The position numbers and the translations under genes were made by a program. A stretch of 44,165 nt of DNA from contig KZ538854.1 in NCBI GenBank assembly GCA_000934665.2, positions 1 through 44,165 of the forward strand, written 5' to 3'. This stretch comes from Catajapyx aquilonaris (lineage: Eukaryota). Numbering within the stretch: position 1 is the first letter of the stretch; the number at the start of each line of letters is the position of its first letter. This document shows, piece by piece, positions 1-11,509 of this stretch. The notes under the pieces are model-generated. The model did not search any database. It was not told the origin of the DNA and saw only the letters and a program-made list of their open reading frames with translations.

Positions 1-346
1 GTACCTTCGTTTTTCAAGTCGGAACATGAATTTGTAAAGTAATACAGTCGTATTAATTACACGTAATGCATCAGCATTAAGAGGTGCGCGTAATGGGATA
101 ATAAAACATTATAAATAGCAAAATTTTGTACCTCCTTAATTCTATAGTAATCTGAGTCTTACAATTTCTTCTCATTTTACGGGTCGGAAGGAAAGTGAGC
201 AGGAATCCAGTGGTTTAAATGAGGTATTATTATGGGCTTCAACTTATTAAATAATTCAGCTCTTGCATTTTTAACAAAGCACTATATGCAGCATGTAAGG
301 GAGTGACATCCTAATGTCAACTTTTTTTTGTCGTACTTTAGGTATA

Positions 347-464
347 TAGTCTGGTGACCCGGGGTAGCTTGCCCCCTGGGGTAACTGGTTGTTTACTGCT
401 ATCCTCTTACATATGCTGCCATGGTGATTGCCCCCGGGATAGCTTACCCGGGGTCATCAGACTA
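347..464. mobile_element. Short palindromic MITE (TAGTCTG...CAGACTA termini)
   Basis: Left TAGTCTGGTGACCCGGGGTAGCT pairs with right AGCTTACCCGGGGTCATCAGACTA. No TSD other than the terminal TA is visible. Confidence 0.75.
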
Positions 465-1405
465 GGGGCCTTAATGACAAAATAACACTTGAATGCAGAT
501 TATGCGGTTTTGTAACTGGCGATGCGCGAAGTCGTAATTAAGCTGGGCAATAGTTATGTAAGGGAACGGCAGAGCTGTTCAGTTCTGCACTTTCTTTCTG
601 GTTGGTTCATGACTATAACAGAGCCAACACATTCAGACACTCTTGGCAACGGTGCAACAGTTTTTGTGTTGGATATATGGGATGGTGCGTCTACTGTATA
701 CGATTTCTGTATTTATTAAACACTTGTTGCTTGCCCTTTTATTTTAAAACCCGTTATGACACCGTCTTACACTAGGAACTTCAGAATTATTTACTACTGA
801 ACCGATCAGTATTATACAGTGTGTTCCAGTTGAAGTAGATCTGTCAGTTAGCGGTTATTAGCGATGTGTGAACATTAAGCTGCTTGTTTCTCAAAAGTTA
901 TCAAATACATTACATGATAGTATTACGCTGAATATAATAATCATTCATTAAAGTCTTCAATTGGAATGAATTTCCGTGCTAAATTCATTTACCCTTTTGG
1001 CCCCCGTGATATTTGACTGGCACCTGATGTCAAAGAGTGGCTTGTTCTTCAGAGTCTAGACCATCCTGCACGAGTTAAAAAGGATCGTATTATTTTTGCA
1101 TAATATCAGGAGGTAATAGTTTGATAACGTCTACTACCCCATGGTAATTGCAAGGGTAATTGCTTAATAAAAATCAGATTAGTGAAAAAACTGCTAACCA
1201 CTACGGACAATATTCAGTTCCACAGAAAAGAACCACATCTTACTGTAAATTTTAAGACCTTGTCATTGGCTCCACGTGGCCAGTGATAGCAATAGGCCTT
1301 TATTCTCTGTGATTTTTAGCACTTATGGTCGGTTGTATGAATACAAATTTAAACGGAAACCATCGATTATGTAAGAGTAGGCATACACATGAGTACCAGC
1401 TTATA

Positions 1406-2088
1406 CAGGATGTTAATGAATTCAACCGACAAACTTCTAGGGGTAATAGAGGGGACCAAGACAAACATATCTTCTATATAAATAATATAAATAAAGCCGT
1501 TTGTGAGTCTGTCTGTCTGTCTGTCCGCCTGCCAACCGTCATTTGCCTGCCATCTGTGCTCCACCCCCAGGCCAGGAGAGGATGGAGGTGTTTAGTTGAC
1601 TACAGATGGCAGGCCAATGATGGTTGCCGTTATACAGGCGGGAGAGGTTGAAGGTGATGGAGTATGAGGACCACAGATGGCATTGGTGGGCGGACACACC
1701 GAACGACAGACAATTGGCGGGGCTACTGGCAGGTGTTTTCCCTTCATTCATTTCTTCCCGGGCAACGCCGGGTGCCGCAGCTAGTTAATTCATATAGGAA
1801 GCAGTGTCTGGAAACGCCATCTAGAGGGGGTCAATAGACAAGGAACGGGTACGCTCAGGCGCGTCAGAGGGGTCAGGCTAGGCGAGCTGACTGTTTTAAT
1901 AGTTGCTAGGTGGCGCGAGGCACAACGCCACCTAGCAACTCGTCCGCCTGACGCCTCTGAGCGCACCCGTTCCGCGTCTATTGACCCCCTCTAGATGGCG
2001 TTTCCGGACACGGGTTCCTATATGAATTACTATCTTGGTCCCCTCTATTAACCCTAGAAGTTTGTCGGTTGAATTCATTAACTCCCTG
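1406..2088. mobile_element. Tc1/mariner-type foldback MITE, TA TSD, carrying a Helitron insertion
   Basis: TA|CAGGATGTTAATGAATTCAACCGACAAACTTCTAGGGGTAATAGAGGGGACCAAGA pairs with TCTTGGTCCCCTCTATTAACCCTAGAAGTTTGTCGGTTGAATTCATTAACTCCCTG|TA. The arm resumes after 1785 (TAATTCATATAGGAA...) and pairs with ~1945-2030. Confidence 0.9.
1470..1784 (+). mobile_element. Non-autonomous Helitron
   Basis: Starts TC(TTCTATATA), has a (GTCT)n tract near 1508-1525 and a 3' hairpin CCCGG-GCAACG-CCGGG (1757-1772). It ends CTAG and sits between A(1469) and T(1785) with no TSD. All are canonical Helitron hallmarks. Confidence 0.85.
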
Positions 2089-2745
2089 TACACAAACATA
2101 CATTTCATGATTGGGTAGATAATGTTGCTCTATATGCGTGCATCCCTATTTGACGAAGGATGGAGACTCTTATTTTCTCCTTTCTTAATCATGACAGGGT
2201 TTTCGTATTTTTAATTAAGCCCCAGTCTCTTAATGATCGAATGTATCATATTTATGGCTCATTAATAAGGTAACATAATACGCGAATTTTTCCTTATATT
2301 TAGGTAATGGCCATACCATTGCATTATCGAAATTTTGATTATCCAATATTCTGCATTCAAAAAGAATATATCAACCAAGTTCCTTTCGCTGTTAGATTTC
2401 AAAGGGAGACCGATAATTATTGAATTGATAGTTTTTATCCATACCTTTCCTATTCTAGTTGCTTTCACTATGTAATTATGTATAGACTATTAATTCCGAC
2501 TGATTTAAAGATTAACGAAATTTGAGAAAGGCAACTTTTCAGACGCTTGGTATTCTTCTCCACTGGCTCTGAGGCTAATTATGGAGACAGCGTAATCCAG
2601 TTTTGACTGAAATGTAGAACTAATCCTGTTCTTGAGAGAGACTGATTTAAATTTTCCTGGGCAGTGATAATTGACTCGGAAACACCGAGTGTATAACCGA
2701 CTTTGGATTGAAAATGATCTTCTTTGGCTGACCCTAAAATAACTT

Positions 2746-2870
2746 GAGTACTTTAAACCAAAGAACAATATGACGTCACACCAGCCGTGTTTTCTGAGCA
2801 TGCGCAGGGAACAGCCGGGTGAAGGCGGGGCTGACCGTGACCTGATATCGTTCTTTGGTTTAACGGACTA
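2746..2870. mobile_element. Short MITE, family shared with 12288-12431 and 30526-30656
   Basis: TTAAACCAAAGAACAATAT / ATATCGTTCTTTGGTTTAA inverted ends. The interior (CAGCCGTGTTTTCTGAGCATGCGCAG...GGGAACAGCCG) matches the reverse complement of 30526-30656. Confidence 0.75.
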
Positions 2871-3016
2871 TAACTCAAATAACTACTCTATCGATGCTGA
2901 GATTTGTGTCACACCTGGCCCAGGTCATGCCAGCCAGTTCAACATAAGGCAAAATCCAAAATTAGCTTGAGAGTAGCTTAAATGTTTCTCACAATAATAA
3001 ACGGGATCTTGACATA

Positions 3017-3227
3017 CAGGGTGTTTCAACTTTTTTGTCCGAACAGTTATCGGAAATATTGCACTATAAGCTGCTACTTTGTAAGCAGTGACTTGCAACC
3101 GGTTTGTCGGAGGAATGGGGAACATTCCCTGCGAATCTTAGGTTGAAGTGGCATACACTGCTTACAAAGTAGCAGCTTAGTGCAATATTTCCGATAACTG
3201 TTCGAACAAAAAAGTTGAAACACCCTA
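3017..3227. mobile_element. mariner-type MITE (internally deleted relative of 17548-17879), TA TSD
   Basis: TA|CAGGGTGTTTCAACTTTTTTGTCCGAACAGTTATCGGAAATATTGCAC, with ~70-bp inverted arms ending ...GTTGAAACACCCTA|TA. Confidence 0.9.
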
Positions 3228-4454
3228 TATATGCAGTAATAATAGTTATTTTCAATGGCTATAATTTTGTTTAAATAAAATCTAAAAATTTGATCTTGCA
3301 TTTACATCCTTTTATCGCAGACGATTTCAGGCGCCAACTTCCCAACTATTCGCGCATAAGTAGACTACTTTTGATCAGAATATCGAGGATGGAAAATGGA
3401 GTGGTTCCATCCCAATTTTTGTCCCGGCTGTAGCTATAGCTTGTAGCGCATTACGCTTCTGGCTTCCTTTTCTCGTCGGTGGGCCAAGCTGAAGCTGGCG
3501 AAATCTCTCGTGATGGGGTAGTCGCTAACAAGGCGGCTTCATTCGAGGGCGATTACACATCGGCCCCGAGGCGTTGGATGAGGTAGGTAGAGGGGGGGGG
3601 GGGGTAGGGGAAGAGGATGGGTTCACTTTAGGCAGTAACCAAAAAACGAGCCTCAATCTTGCCTTCATCCCCTATTAATCCATATAGAAAAGTGCGGCAG
3701 GCATCAAATACCTGCAAGTTTGGGAGGTGAAAAAGCTATCGCGGTGGCGCCAAGTGGAGGCGGAAGCGCCATATTTCCTTCTTTGCGGCTTCCACCTGCC
3801 ACTTTGGGCTGGCTTTCCGGACGCGCTTCTTTATCGTCTCAACGATGCTTGCGGCTGGCAGCTCCAGAGATGCTCTCAACACTCAACGCCTCTCCGCCCG
3901 TCTTCCTCATGCGGCCCGGCTTCCAACCTCTCCAACAGCACCTTTGTCATCCTCCATCTTCTTTGACACTTTCATGCTCTCTACATCCAGGCCCAGCAGG
4001 CGCCTGCCTGCTTCACACCCCCCGAGCCATATCTACACAACATCTGTATGTTTGCAACTTTCTTTTCTCCAATTTGTATAGGGCCATATGTGTGTGGTAT
4101 GTGTCCAAAATTATCTGGGACTATAGGAAGAACAATAGTGCCTGTAGGTTTGAGGCCAGGAAAATAGAGCCTGCAATAGCATGCATTGTGTGGAAGGCAT
4201 GATTAATATGCATGGATAAAAAAATGAACGTGTATGCGATTATGAAAACAGTGGGGGTATGGCACAGATGTTGTGGTTTCTGAGAACCGCGGTCCATTTG
4301 TGAGACATTTACCGCGTTCCATAGTTCAATCAAAACTGGGCCAGATATGTTGCCATAGTACAGACATGCAGTCGATAGCGTGCCATATGACTGCGGTCGC
4401 ATGGGGATGATGAGCTACTGTACGTCACCGACATCTTTTTTTTATTTACACATA

Positions 4455-4513
4455 CAGGATGTGTAATACCAGTTAGTGCCAAAAAAATTGCTAACCAAGA
4501 TGGACATTCCCTG
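4455..4513. mobile_element. Possible minimal mariner-type MITE remnant
   Basis: TA|CAGGATGT...CATTCCCTG|TA with a weak internal inverted match (GTTAG/CTAAC). Confidence 0.35.
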
Positions 4514-5619
4514 TATATAGGCCTACTTGAAACCTGTTAGAAGTTCTTTTAAGAGTGACATTAAGACAGCATTAAGATAACTGAGGCATTTATTTGTCAA
4601 TATACTCGTTTACTGATTCCAGTGCAGCAAAGAAAACCTGTGGTCCACTGATTTACACTAATGTGTCCTTGATGGGGATAAGACCCAGAAAAGTTTCTTA
4701 TCTGTCATCCACCTGCTAGCTTAGGTCAAACGACAGGTTTCAGTCTCGGGATACCTGCTTATTTATAACCACACACATAGAAATAACCCCCACCGCATCA
4801 TCATTGGTTACTCTACAAACTATTGCAATTTGCATAAAAATCAGTTATATCTTATATCCGAGAAAAAATTAAACGGGTAAGTATGTTGTGGTGCCCATAC
4901 ATGTATGTATACGTAACCGAGTTTGTTTGGCTCTACGACGTGCAGTTGCAAAACTACAGGGTGCTTATGTGCCAATTTTCGAGCATCTTTACTCCGTTCG
5001 CTGTCACTTAGACAGCCATATCTTTTAGAAGGCCAGGTCAAATATGACATTTTATATGCTGTGCATGTGAAGGGTAATGTGACTCTCTATGAGACGGTCA
5101 TTTTCAAAATTGAAAATTACGAAAATGTAAAATACTCCCAAAACTTTGATTTTGATATTGCTTATTAATCGACCCCTACGATTTCTATTGAATGGCACTT
5201 AAAATGACAAGGGAAATGTTTACTTAACATTTCCGGAAAATTTGGAGAACCGACATTTGATATTTGCCAACAATAATAACCTTTTTGGTTCCAAATGCGT
5301 CCTCCGTAAATGCAGTCACCTCATTTGGAGGACCATAACTCGGAGGTCAGGTCAAATCTTATATTTTATATGTGCATTCAAAAGGTATTTTTATGCTCCA
5401 GGAGCTGGTCATACTCAAAATTATTTACATATCCAAAAAATTTAAATGACAGATATTTTGGTTTTGATATTGATCAATAATCGACCCCTACGATTTCTTT
5501 TGAATGGCACTTAAAATGACAAGGGTAATGTTTACTGGAGATTTCTGCAACATCTGGAGAACGGTTTTTTCGATATTTGCCAAATATAAAAATATTTTAC
5601 GTAGACGCGTACCGTAAAT

Positions 5620-5961
5620 AATGTAGTCACCTCAAATAGCAATAAAATTTATCTTATTAGTTGCGGTAAAAATATTCATGCTTCACATCGTGAGAATGCC
5701 TGATTCTAGCACTTTACATAGAATGTAATAAATACCGATTTCTGTGGCACACTGAAAAGATAAGCCGTATAAAGTTAACTGAGGCACCCATTTTTAAAAG
5801 CCTGCATCCAGCTTTATCCAGATTATCTGTTTACTAGGCTTTCAAAATCGGTATTTATTACATTCTAACTTATGTTGAGTGCTAGTTCTCACGATGTGCA
5901 GCATAAATTTTTAACAGAACTAAATAAGAGTAATTTTATTGCTAATTGAGGTGACTACATT
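5620..5961. mobile_element. Nested MITE in the left arm of the foldback, probably at a TTAA site
   Basis: AATGTAGTCACCTCAA...TTGAGGTGACTACATT with ~125-bp degenerate arms. The uninterrupted right arm reads (rc) ACCGTAAATTAAGACCTCGG, giving the empty site. Confidence 0.75.
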
Positions 5962-6014
5962 TGAAGACCTCGGGGAAGAAAGATCAAGGTCCACTTTTTG
6001 TCAAAAATGAGTTA

Positions 6015-6990
6015 AGGTAAAGTGGGGGAAGTGCACAATCGGGAGAAGTGCATCTCTGGTTGCTAGCTGGGGATGTGTGAAAGGTATTGCTGCGCCATGT
6101 GTCGTCCTACTAGTGAATACTATGGTCTTGTAATCTGGCACAAGAGGGCAGGTTTACCTGCCATTTTTGTCCAGAAGCACATGCTGTTTCGCGAGTTCTG
6201 CACTGCCTACTCCTGATGTGAGATACCTGCCAGCAACATCTGAGCGAGTTTTTCCGGTAAGTTTCCATCACCCAGTGTCCCTACTACACAGTTGTGGTGG
6301 CGTTCAACAGTATTATATGTGTGTACACAGTATGAGTGATGGAAGTGGGTAATCATTGAATGTGGCGGGGGGTATGACTTCCCCCCGGAAAATGTACGGC
6401 TGGGGCAAGTGCACCTCTGCTGCTTGGGGTAAGTGCACTCATGATGTACCACATAATAATTGAGTTCATTTTCTGTGTGAATGTTACATTTTACACTTAC
6501 ACTACATTTACTTTACATGTTACACTTACTGGCACTAGCTTACTCTGAGCCTTCTGTGTTCCAAAGCAGCAAATGTCAAAATGGGGAGGACTTACTTACT
6601 TACTTTACGCAGTTATACGCAATGAAGTTCGTATCTCCTGAACAAATTGAGATATCATCATTCTGTAAATGCCATGTTTTAGCTCTGATTTTGATTATGA
6701 CGCACTGCTCCCATCGCAGCAGAAATATAATTGCATGCAGGAATTGGATGGGGGGGGGGGGTACTTACCCCGGGTGCCGAGGGAAGTGCACACCTCATGC
6801 ATTGTTCCACATGATTGTTGCTGCCTTGGAAGCACTTCGTTATGAACCATTCTCCTTCTAACAGTGTCTTAGTAATGGACAGGAGTAACTGCAGGCAAAA
6901 TTTCATTCAGATACAAGGAACAGGTGGAATGCGATAGATGATTTAAAGTGATCTATTACAAAACAGGGGTGCACTTCCCCCACTTTACCT
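6015..6990. mobile_element. pogo/Tc1-superfamily non-autonomous element, TA TSD
   Basis: Perfect 22-bp TIR TA|AGGTAAAGTGGGGGAAGTGCAC ... GTGCACTTCCCCCACTTTACCT|TA. The AAGTGCA motif repeats internally at ~6047, 6407, 6432 and 6784. Confidence 0.9.
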
Positions 6991-8039
6991 TACATATCTC
7001 AGAAGATTCTCTCCCTAGTGTAGAATAGGATGGTTTTTTCGTGGTTGTAGAGTAATGATCCTAGGTCACAATGGATGGCCCGGAAAGTGGGATTATACTT
7101 GTGCTTATTTACAATGGAACCTTATGAGCCTTCGAAATTTAAAGTAGGATTATCTCAGTTTCACCTCAGGTGGACCTTGATCGTTTTTCTCCCGAGGTCT
7201 TAATTTACGGTATTACGTGTCTTGCACCTAAAATATTTTTATATTGAGCAAATATCGAAAAACGGTTCTTCAGATTTTGCGGAAATCTCAAGTAAACATT
7301 ACCCTGATCATTTTAAGGGCCATTCAAAAGAAATCTTAGGGGTCGATTATTGATCAATATCATAATCAATAATTGGCTCCCATCTTTGACTTAAAGTTTT
7401 TGGATTTTTAAATTTTGAGTATGATCATCTTCTGGATCCTAAAAATATCAAATATAAGATTTGACTTGACCTTCTCCGAGTTATGGTCCTCCAAGTTTTA
7501 TTGTCGGCAAGTATCGAAAAAGGGTTTTCCAGATTTTCCGGAAATGTCACGTAAACATTGCCCTTGTCATTTTAAGTGCCATTCAAAAAAAATCGTAGTG
7601 GTTGATTCATGACCAATATCAAAGTTTTGGGCGCCATCTTTGATTTAAATTTTTTGGATTTATTAAAAATGAACATGACCATCTCATAGATCGTAAAATT
7701 ACCCTTCGAATTCACATATCAAATGTTAGATTTGACCTGACCTTCTTGAAGATATGGCCATCTACTGTAAGTGACAGCGAACGGAGCAAAAAGGCTCGAC
7801 AATTGGCACATTTGACACCCTATTGTTATGCAACCACACGCAGGGTCAAACAAAACGACACCTCTGCTCAGACACATGGGTATCACAACATATTCGGTTT
7901 TGGTCGAAATCGGATAAGATTTGCCGGAAGGGTGTTCCGCTTGACATGGAATGCCTCATATAAGTATACTTACTGGCCCTGTGGTACACACTAGCCGGAT
8001 CAGATATTTCCCCCAAAAACTGATCTAGCTAAAACCGGA

Positions 8040-9620
8040 CTTTTCAAGTGTAGCAACATTTCCGGCCCATTCTATGCAGCCTACGTAACAACCAGTAAAA
8101 AATACGTCTCCACAAGCCCACTTGACCACCCTGGATTTCATCATGTTTATATCGGTCAAGTGGAAATCTATATCCATCATGGCTGCGCAGCCTGCCGCAG
8201 AGCCGGGTCACATACTCAGTTTGCGGCCATACTCGGTGATGACCGAGATACCAATAGAAAAAATGGACCGTTTTGTAATGTGGTTGTTTGACCAAGCCTG
8301 ACTTACCTCTCATTCAATGAGTGCCAAGGCAGACTTGGTTGTCCCCACAAACCGGGACATAAATCAGGTGGTATATCCAACGCGTATCACTCGCGGGTCA
8401 CTTTTCCATGTCACTGCTCAACCGCAGTGAGTGTACAGACTAACCAGATCCACACACGCGACAGATTTGACTACCGCAATCAAATGGATACAATTTATCC
8501 CGTCTAGTTGACGCCTACTCGGAGTTCCGGTTGCCCACAGCCCCAGCTCCATTCAGTGCGATTCTGCAGGTAATGCAAATTAATTAAACTATTTGCGGTG
8601 GACCGTGGCTGTGCTTGACCATACGTCTCCATGGTTGCCACCGAAGTACGTCAACCAGACCAACATTACACCTCCCTATTAGCCGTCTGCAGGACAGCCA
8701 ATTGAGACTTTGAGCCTAGAGAAGTGGAGGTGGCAGCCATTTTGCAGACTTGATTCCCAACAAACAAAATTACTGGCAGCCGTCGGGCCGTTGTGGTTGC
8801 AAGCGGATTAGAGCTTGTACGGAAACGGGCCGAGATAACACAATCCCCAGTTGGCGTTAGTTCCGTGTGTTGGCAGGCTGGCAAAGTCCTCCGTCAGCTG
8901 CCATCTGCCAGGAGGGTGGTGGTGGTGGGAGTAGTAGTCTTCTTCTTTTCCGAACCACTTGCTGCTGCCTGCCTTGTGATGGAACTAACCTTGCTTCACA
9001 GCTCTCGGCCACTCGCTCGTTAACAACTTGATCCTAATCACAAAGCAGCCAGCAGATGAAAGCAGAGTCTAACAATATCAAGTTTTCCTCCTGCTTCACG
9101 GGCCTTGCTTCTTGGGCGAGCTCAACAACAGAATGATAGTCATGATCAATACCCAGTAGGGGTGAAAATCTGCCTGGGCCACGTTACGCCGCTAGCTGAT
9201 AAGTGTGCTACCGTATAGCGTATCGGCAATCTCGGTGCTGTGATTGCCTGGGTCCCGTCCAACTCCAATGGTTCATTTGGGCCAGATGAAGCCATCAAAG
9301 CCTTTAGCTCCGAATGACAAGAGGAGGAAGGGCCAAGAGGGCATCACTACCTGGAGGAATCAAGCTTCACACCACTCGCCTTCTATCTCTCAGACGCCAC
9401 CAGCTCACTGCAGGAGACATTTGCTTGTGGGCATACCAGTGAAATACACCAACACACCTTCAGACTTTTCCCACCAGCCAGACAAAGAAATACGTAATGC
9501 ACCAGAAGATAATTTAGTCTCTGGCCAATACTGTAAAGCAGGTTAATCCACGACACCGTGGTTCCATTTTAGCATACGCTGTTTCATGAGCACTCTCAGT
9601 ACTGTACATGTCCCCATAGA
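8040..9620 (+). pseudogene. Decayed 3' half of an RNase H-containing LINE ORF2 (I/Nimb-group-like)
   Basis: Plus-strand pieces in order: IPIEKMDRFVMWLFDQ (~IExVxxFxYLGVxxD), VYRLTRS..FDY (~YxxxIRSxIDY), RLLGVP (~RxILGAP), LDPNHKAA (~GSVDPxxxxAG), VIAWVPSNSNGSFGPDEAIK (~WVPSHxGIxGNExADxxAK), GQYCKAG*STTPWFHFSIRC (~CCHC knuckle). Many stops and frameshifts. Confidence 0.6.
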
Positions 9621-10779
9621 GATCATACAGCCGAGTTCCCGCTGAATAATATTTATGGCCACTGTCTCCTGCTTTCTAAAAATGCAATATGGCGACGTTC
9701 CCAGTGGAACCCAAACCAGGCCTTGTCTGAAGCAGGTGACATCTTGAGTCTCCCGCCGCGTTGATTCGCACGTTGATTCGTCCATTCGTGTGTTTTCCAT
9801 TCTCCGCATGTTGGCCAATTCATAAATCACTCCCATTATGCAGCGCCCGCCCTTGTCTTCAATGATATATCGCCTCTCCCGCGGCGTTAATTGAATTTGT
9901 ACCCTAATTCAGGCTATTAAAACTAAATGCATGAAAAAACAAAGTGCAAAGGAAGGACCGGGGGTGTGCAACAATCCATTTTCAGAGGAGGGTTTCACAT
10001 TCTAGAGTCCTTTTTTTTGTGGTGACTACTGGATGGGTGGGGCAGCAGGCCAAGTTCCGTCATGATTTGGCCAGAGGGACTTCTCCCCACCTATTCTGCC
10101 TCTAGGGGAAATCGCAAATTGATTTCACAATTGGAGGATCCGCCTCTCTTTAATCTCCGTGTCTGTAACCCAGCGTCATGAGCAGACAGCCGGGGTTTAT
10201 TGCCCTAGGCCTATCACTGATGTAGGGACAGATATGCCAATAGTCTAACGAGCTTAATCCCCATGCATTACTCTGGGATACGGGAATTTAATATCGTGTA
10301 CAATGCACGACATTCGGGACAACCATGTAATTCTAGCTGGTATTTTTTGGTACAAAAATATTTTATTGCGCTGCGGGGAAGTTCTGAAGTCAGGTAAATC
10401 CGATATGAGCCACTATTAGGGAGGGATGGAATTACCTGATGTGAACACATCACCTCATTGGGCGGGGGCTTTAAAGTCGTATTACTCTTAGGTTAATGTC
10501 AATATAAAAATTAATCCCTTTGTCTTAAACTTAATTGCAGCACCGCAATATGTCGTGAACGCGTCAGTAAAATCATAAAATTCGTACTTTGTCTGCTATT
10601 TTAACTCGTAGTATTATCCATCACAGGGTGGTAATTATTCTTTGTGGCCTGCTCAAAATTATGGGTGTTGCGATTTTCATGTGGTTTTATCTAATCGAAA
10701 TCACTAAAACAACAGGCAATACCGATTACAGCTCATCAAGATTTTTATGGTTGGGGTGACACTAAAATAACTAACAATA

Positions 10780-11260
10780 AAATCAATCATTTTTATCACA
10801 TTTGCGTCAAGACCTAAGGATAATATACACCAGCTTAGACCTACACTATATTTCATGATCATTAATAAGTATGAAGTCCAAGCTTTTCCATGTGAACATT
10901 TTAATATCACCAATTTTACTGAGGTTAAGCGGTATAATTCACATCAGCAAGTTGAATTAGTGAAGAGTCTTTAATTCTATAATTATTTTACTTATCTAAA
11001 TGGCCCTGCATCTTTCTAGTAGGATGTAAGTCTATTACAGAATAATAACTTTTTATTAAAACCCGCGACAGTAATTTAATCCAATTTAAGCTTCCTTTCA
11101 CCCAATGTACCTTGAAGTAAAACTAGAATGAAGAATTAATTCAAGCCATACGAAATAGCTACATTCCTTGAAATTACTCCATATGTTGTATGACTTTCAC
11201 GATCAGTGCTTTAATAAGAGAGATATATTGATCCAAAAATCTTGGAAATAGGAAACCACG
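10780..11260 (-). pseudogene. Possible LINE ORF2 fragment (region after RT)
   Basis: KIFG (~KYLG), ISYGLN*F (~ILxYGxExW), KAWTSYLLMIMKYSVGLSW (~WxxxIKxxLxxxGLxxxW). Weak. Confidence 0.3.
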
Positions 11261-11442
11261 CAAAGGACCAGCCAATAATATGGTAAGTCTCATGCCTAAG
11301 TCCTAAAGCCTCCTAAAGGAGGTGTGGATTATCCGTGTCAGATGTTCACCTGGTTCAGAATCTTATACAGGCACAGTAGCTGGCAAAAAGAGCAGGCGCG
11401 GCGCACACATCCTGTACTGTTCCCGTTTCCCACCCTATTACT

Positions 11443-11443
<1 letters not shown>

Positions 11444-11508
<65 letters not shown>
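11444..11508. repeat. (TAT)n microsatellite, ~21 units
   Basis: Direct reading. Confidence 0.98.

Positions 11509-11509
<1 letters not shown>

Larger units (their letters stand above)
900..2700 (-). pseudogene. Highly decayed LINE (CR1/L2-group-like) ORF1 C-terminus plus APE endonuclease start, interrupted by the MITE at 1406-2088
   Basis: Minus-strand translations in the expected order: NSIIIGLPLKSNSE (~NLIIxGLPE), IKRLGLN*KYENPVMIK (~RLG...RPIxV), YIIDG (~LxIDG), SLATWSQ*QGL (~WNxxGL), DVVLFCGT (~DIxxLxET), LLPP (~YIPP). Many stops and frameshifts; boundaries approximate. Confidence 0.45.
4850..7920. mobile_element. Large foldback DNA element with ~750-800 bp imperfect arms built from ~312-bp sub-repeats; hosts two nested MITEs
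   Basis: Left 4850-5620 plus 5963-5990 is the inverted copy of ~7165-7920 (e.g. CTCCGTTCGCTGTCACTTA / TAAGTGACAGCGAACGGAG; AGACCTCGGG..GATCAAGGTCCAC / GTGGACCTTGATC..CCCGAGGTCT). TAATCGACCCCTACGATTTCT..TGAATGGCACTTAAAATGACAAGGG occurs at 5166 and 5478 and twice inverted in the right arm. Exact termini unresolved. Confidence 0.85.

Noticed and set aside
3720..4202. 160-aa ORF, and a minus-strand reading (SIVETIKKRVRKASPKWQVEAAKKEI) faintly like a BESS/MADF tail
   Set aside because: Non-ATG start, no recognisable domain, stops in the minus frame; the resemblance is too short to support.
5030..7740. CRISPR-like or satellite array from recurring ~75-bp words
   Set aside because: Only two units per arm, ~312 bp apart, within inverted arms; no spacer structure and no cas genes.
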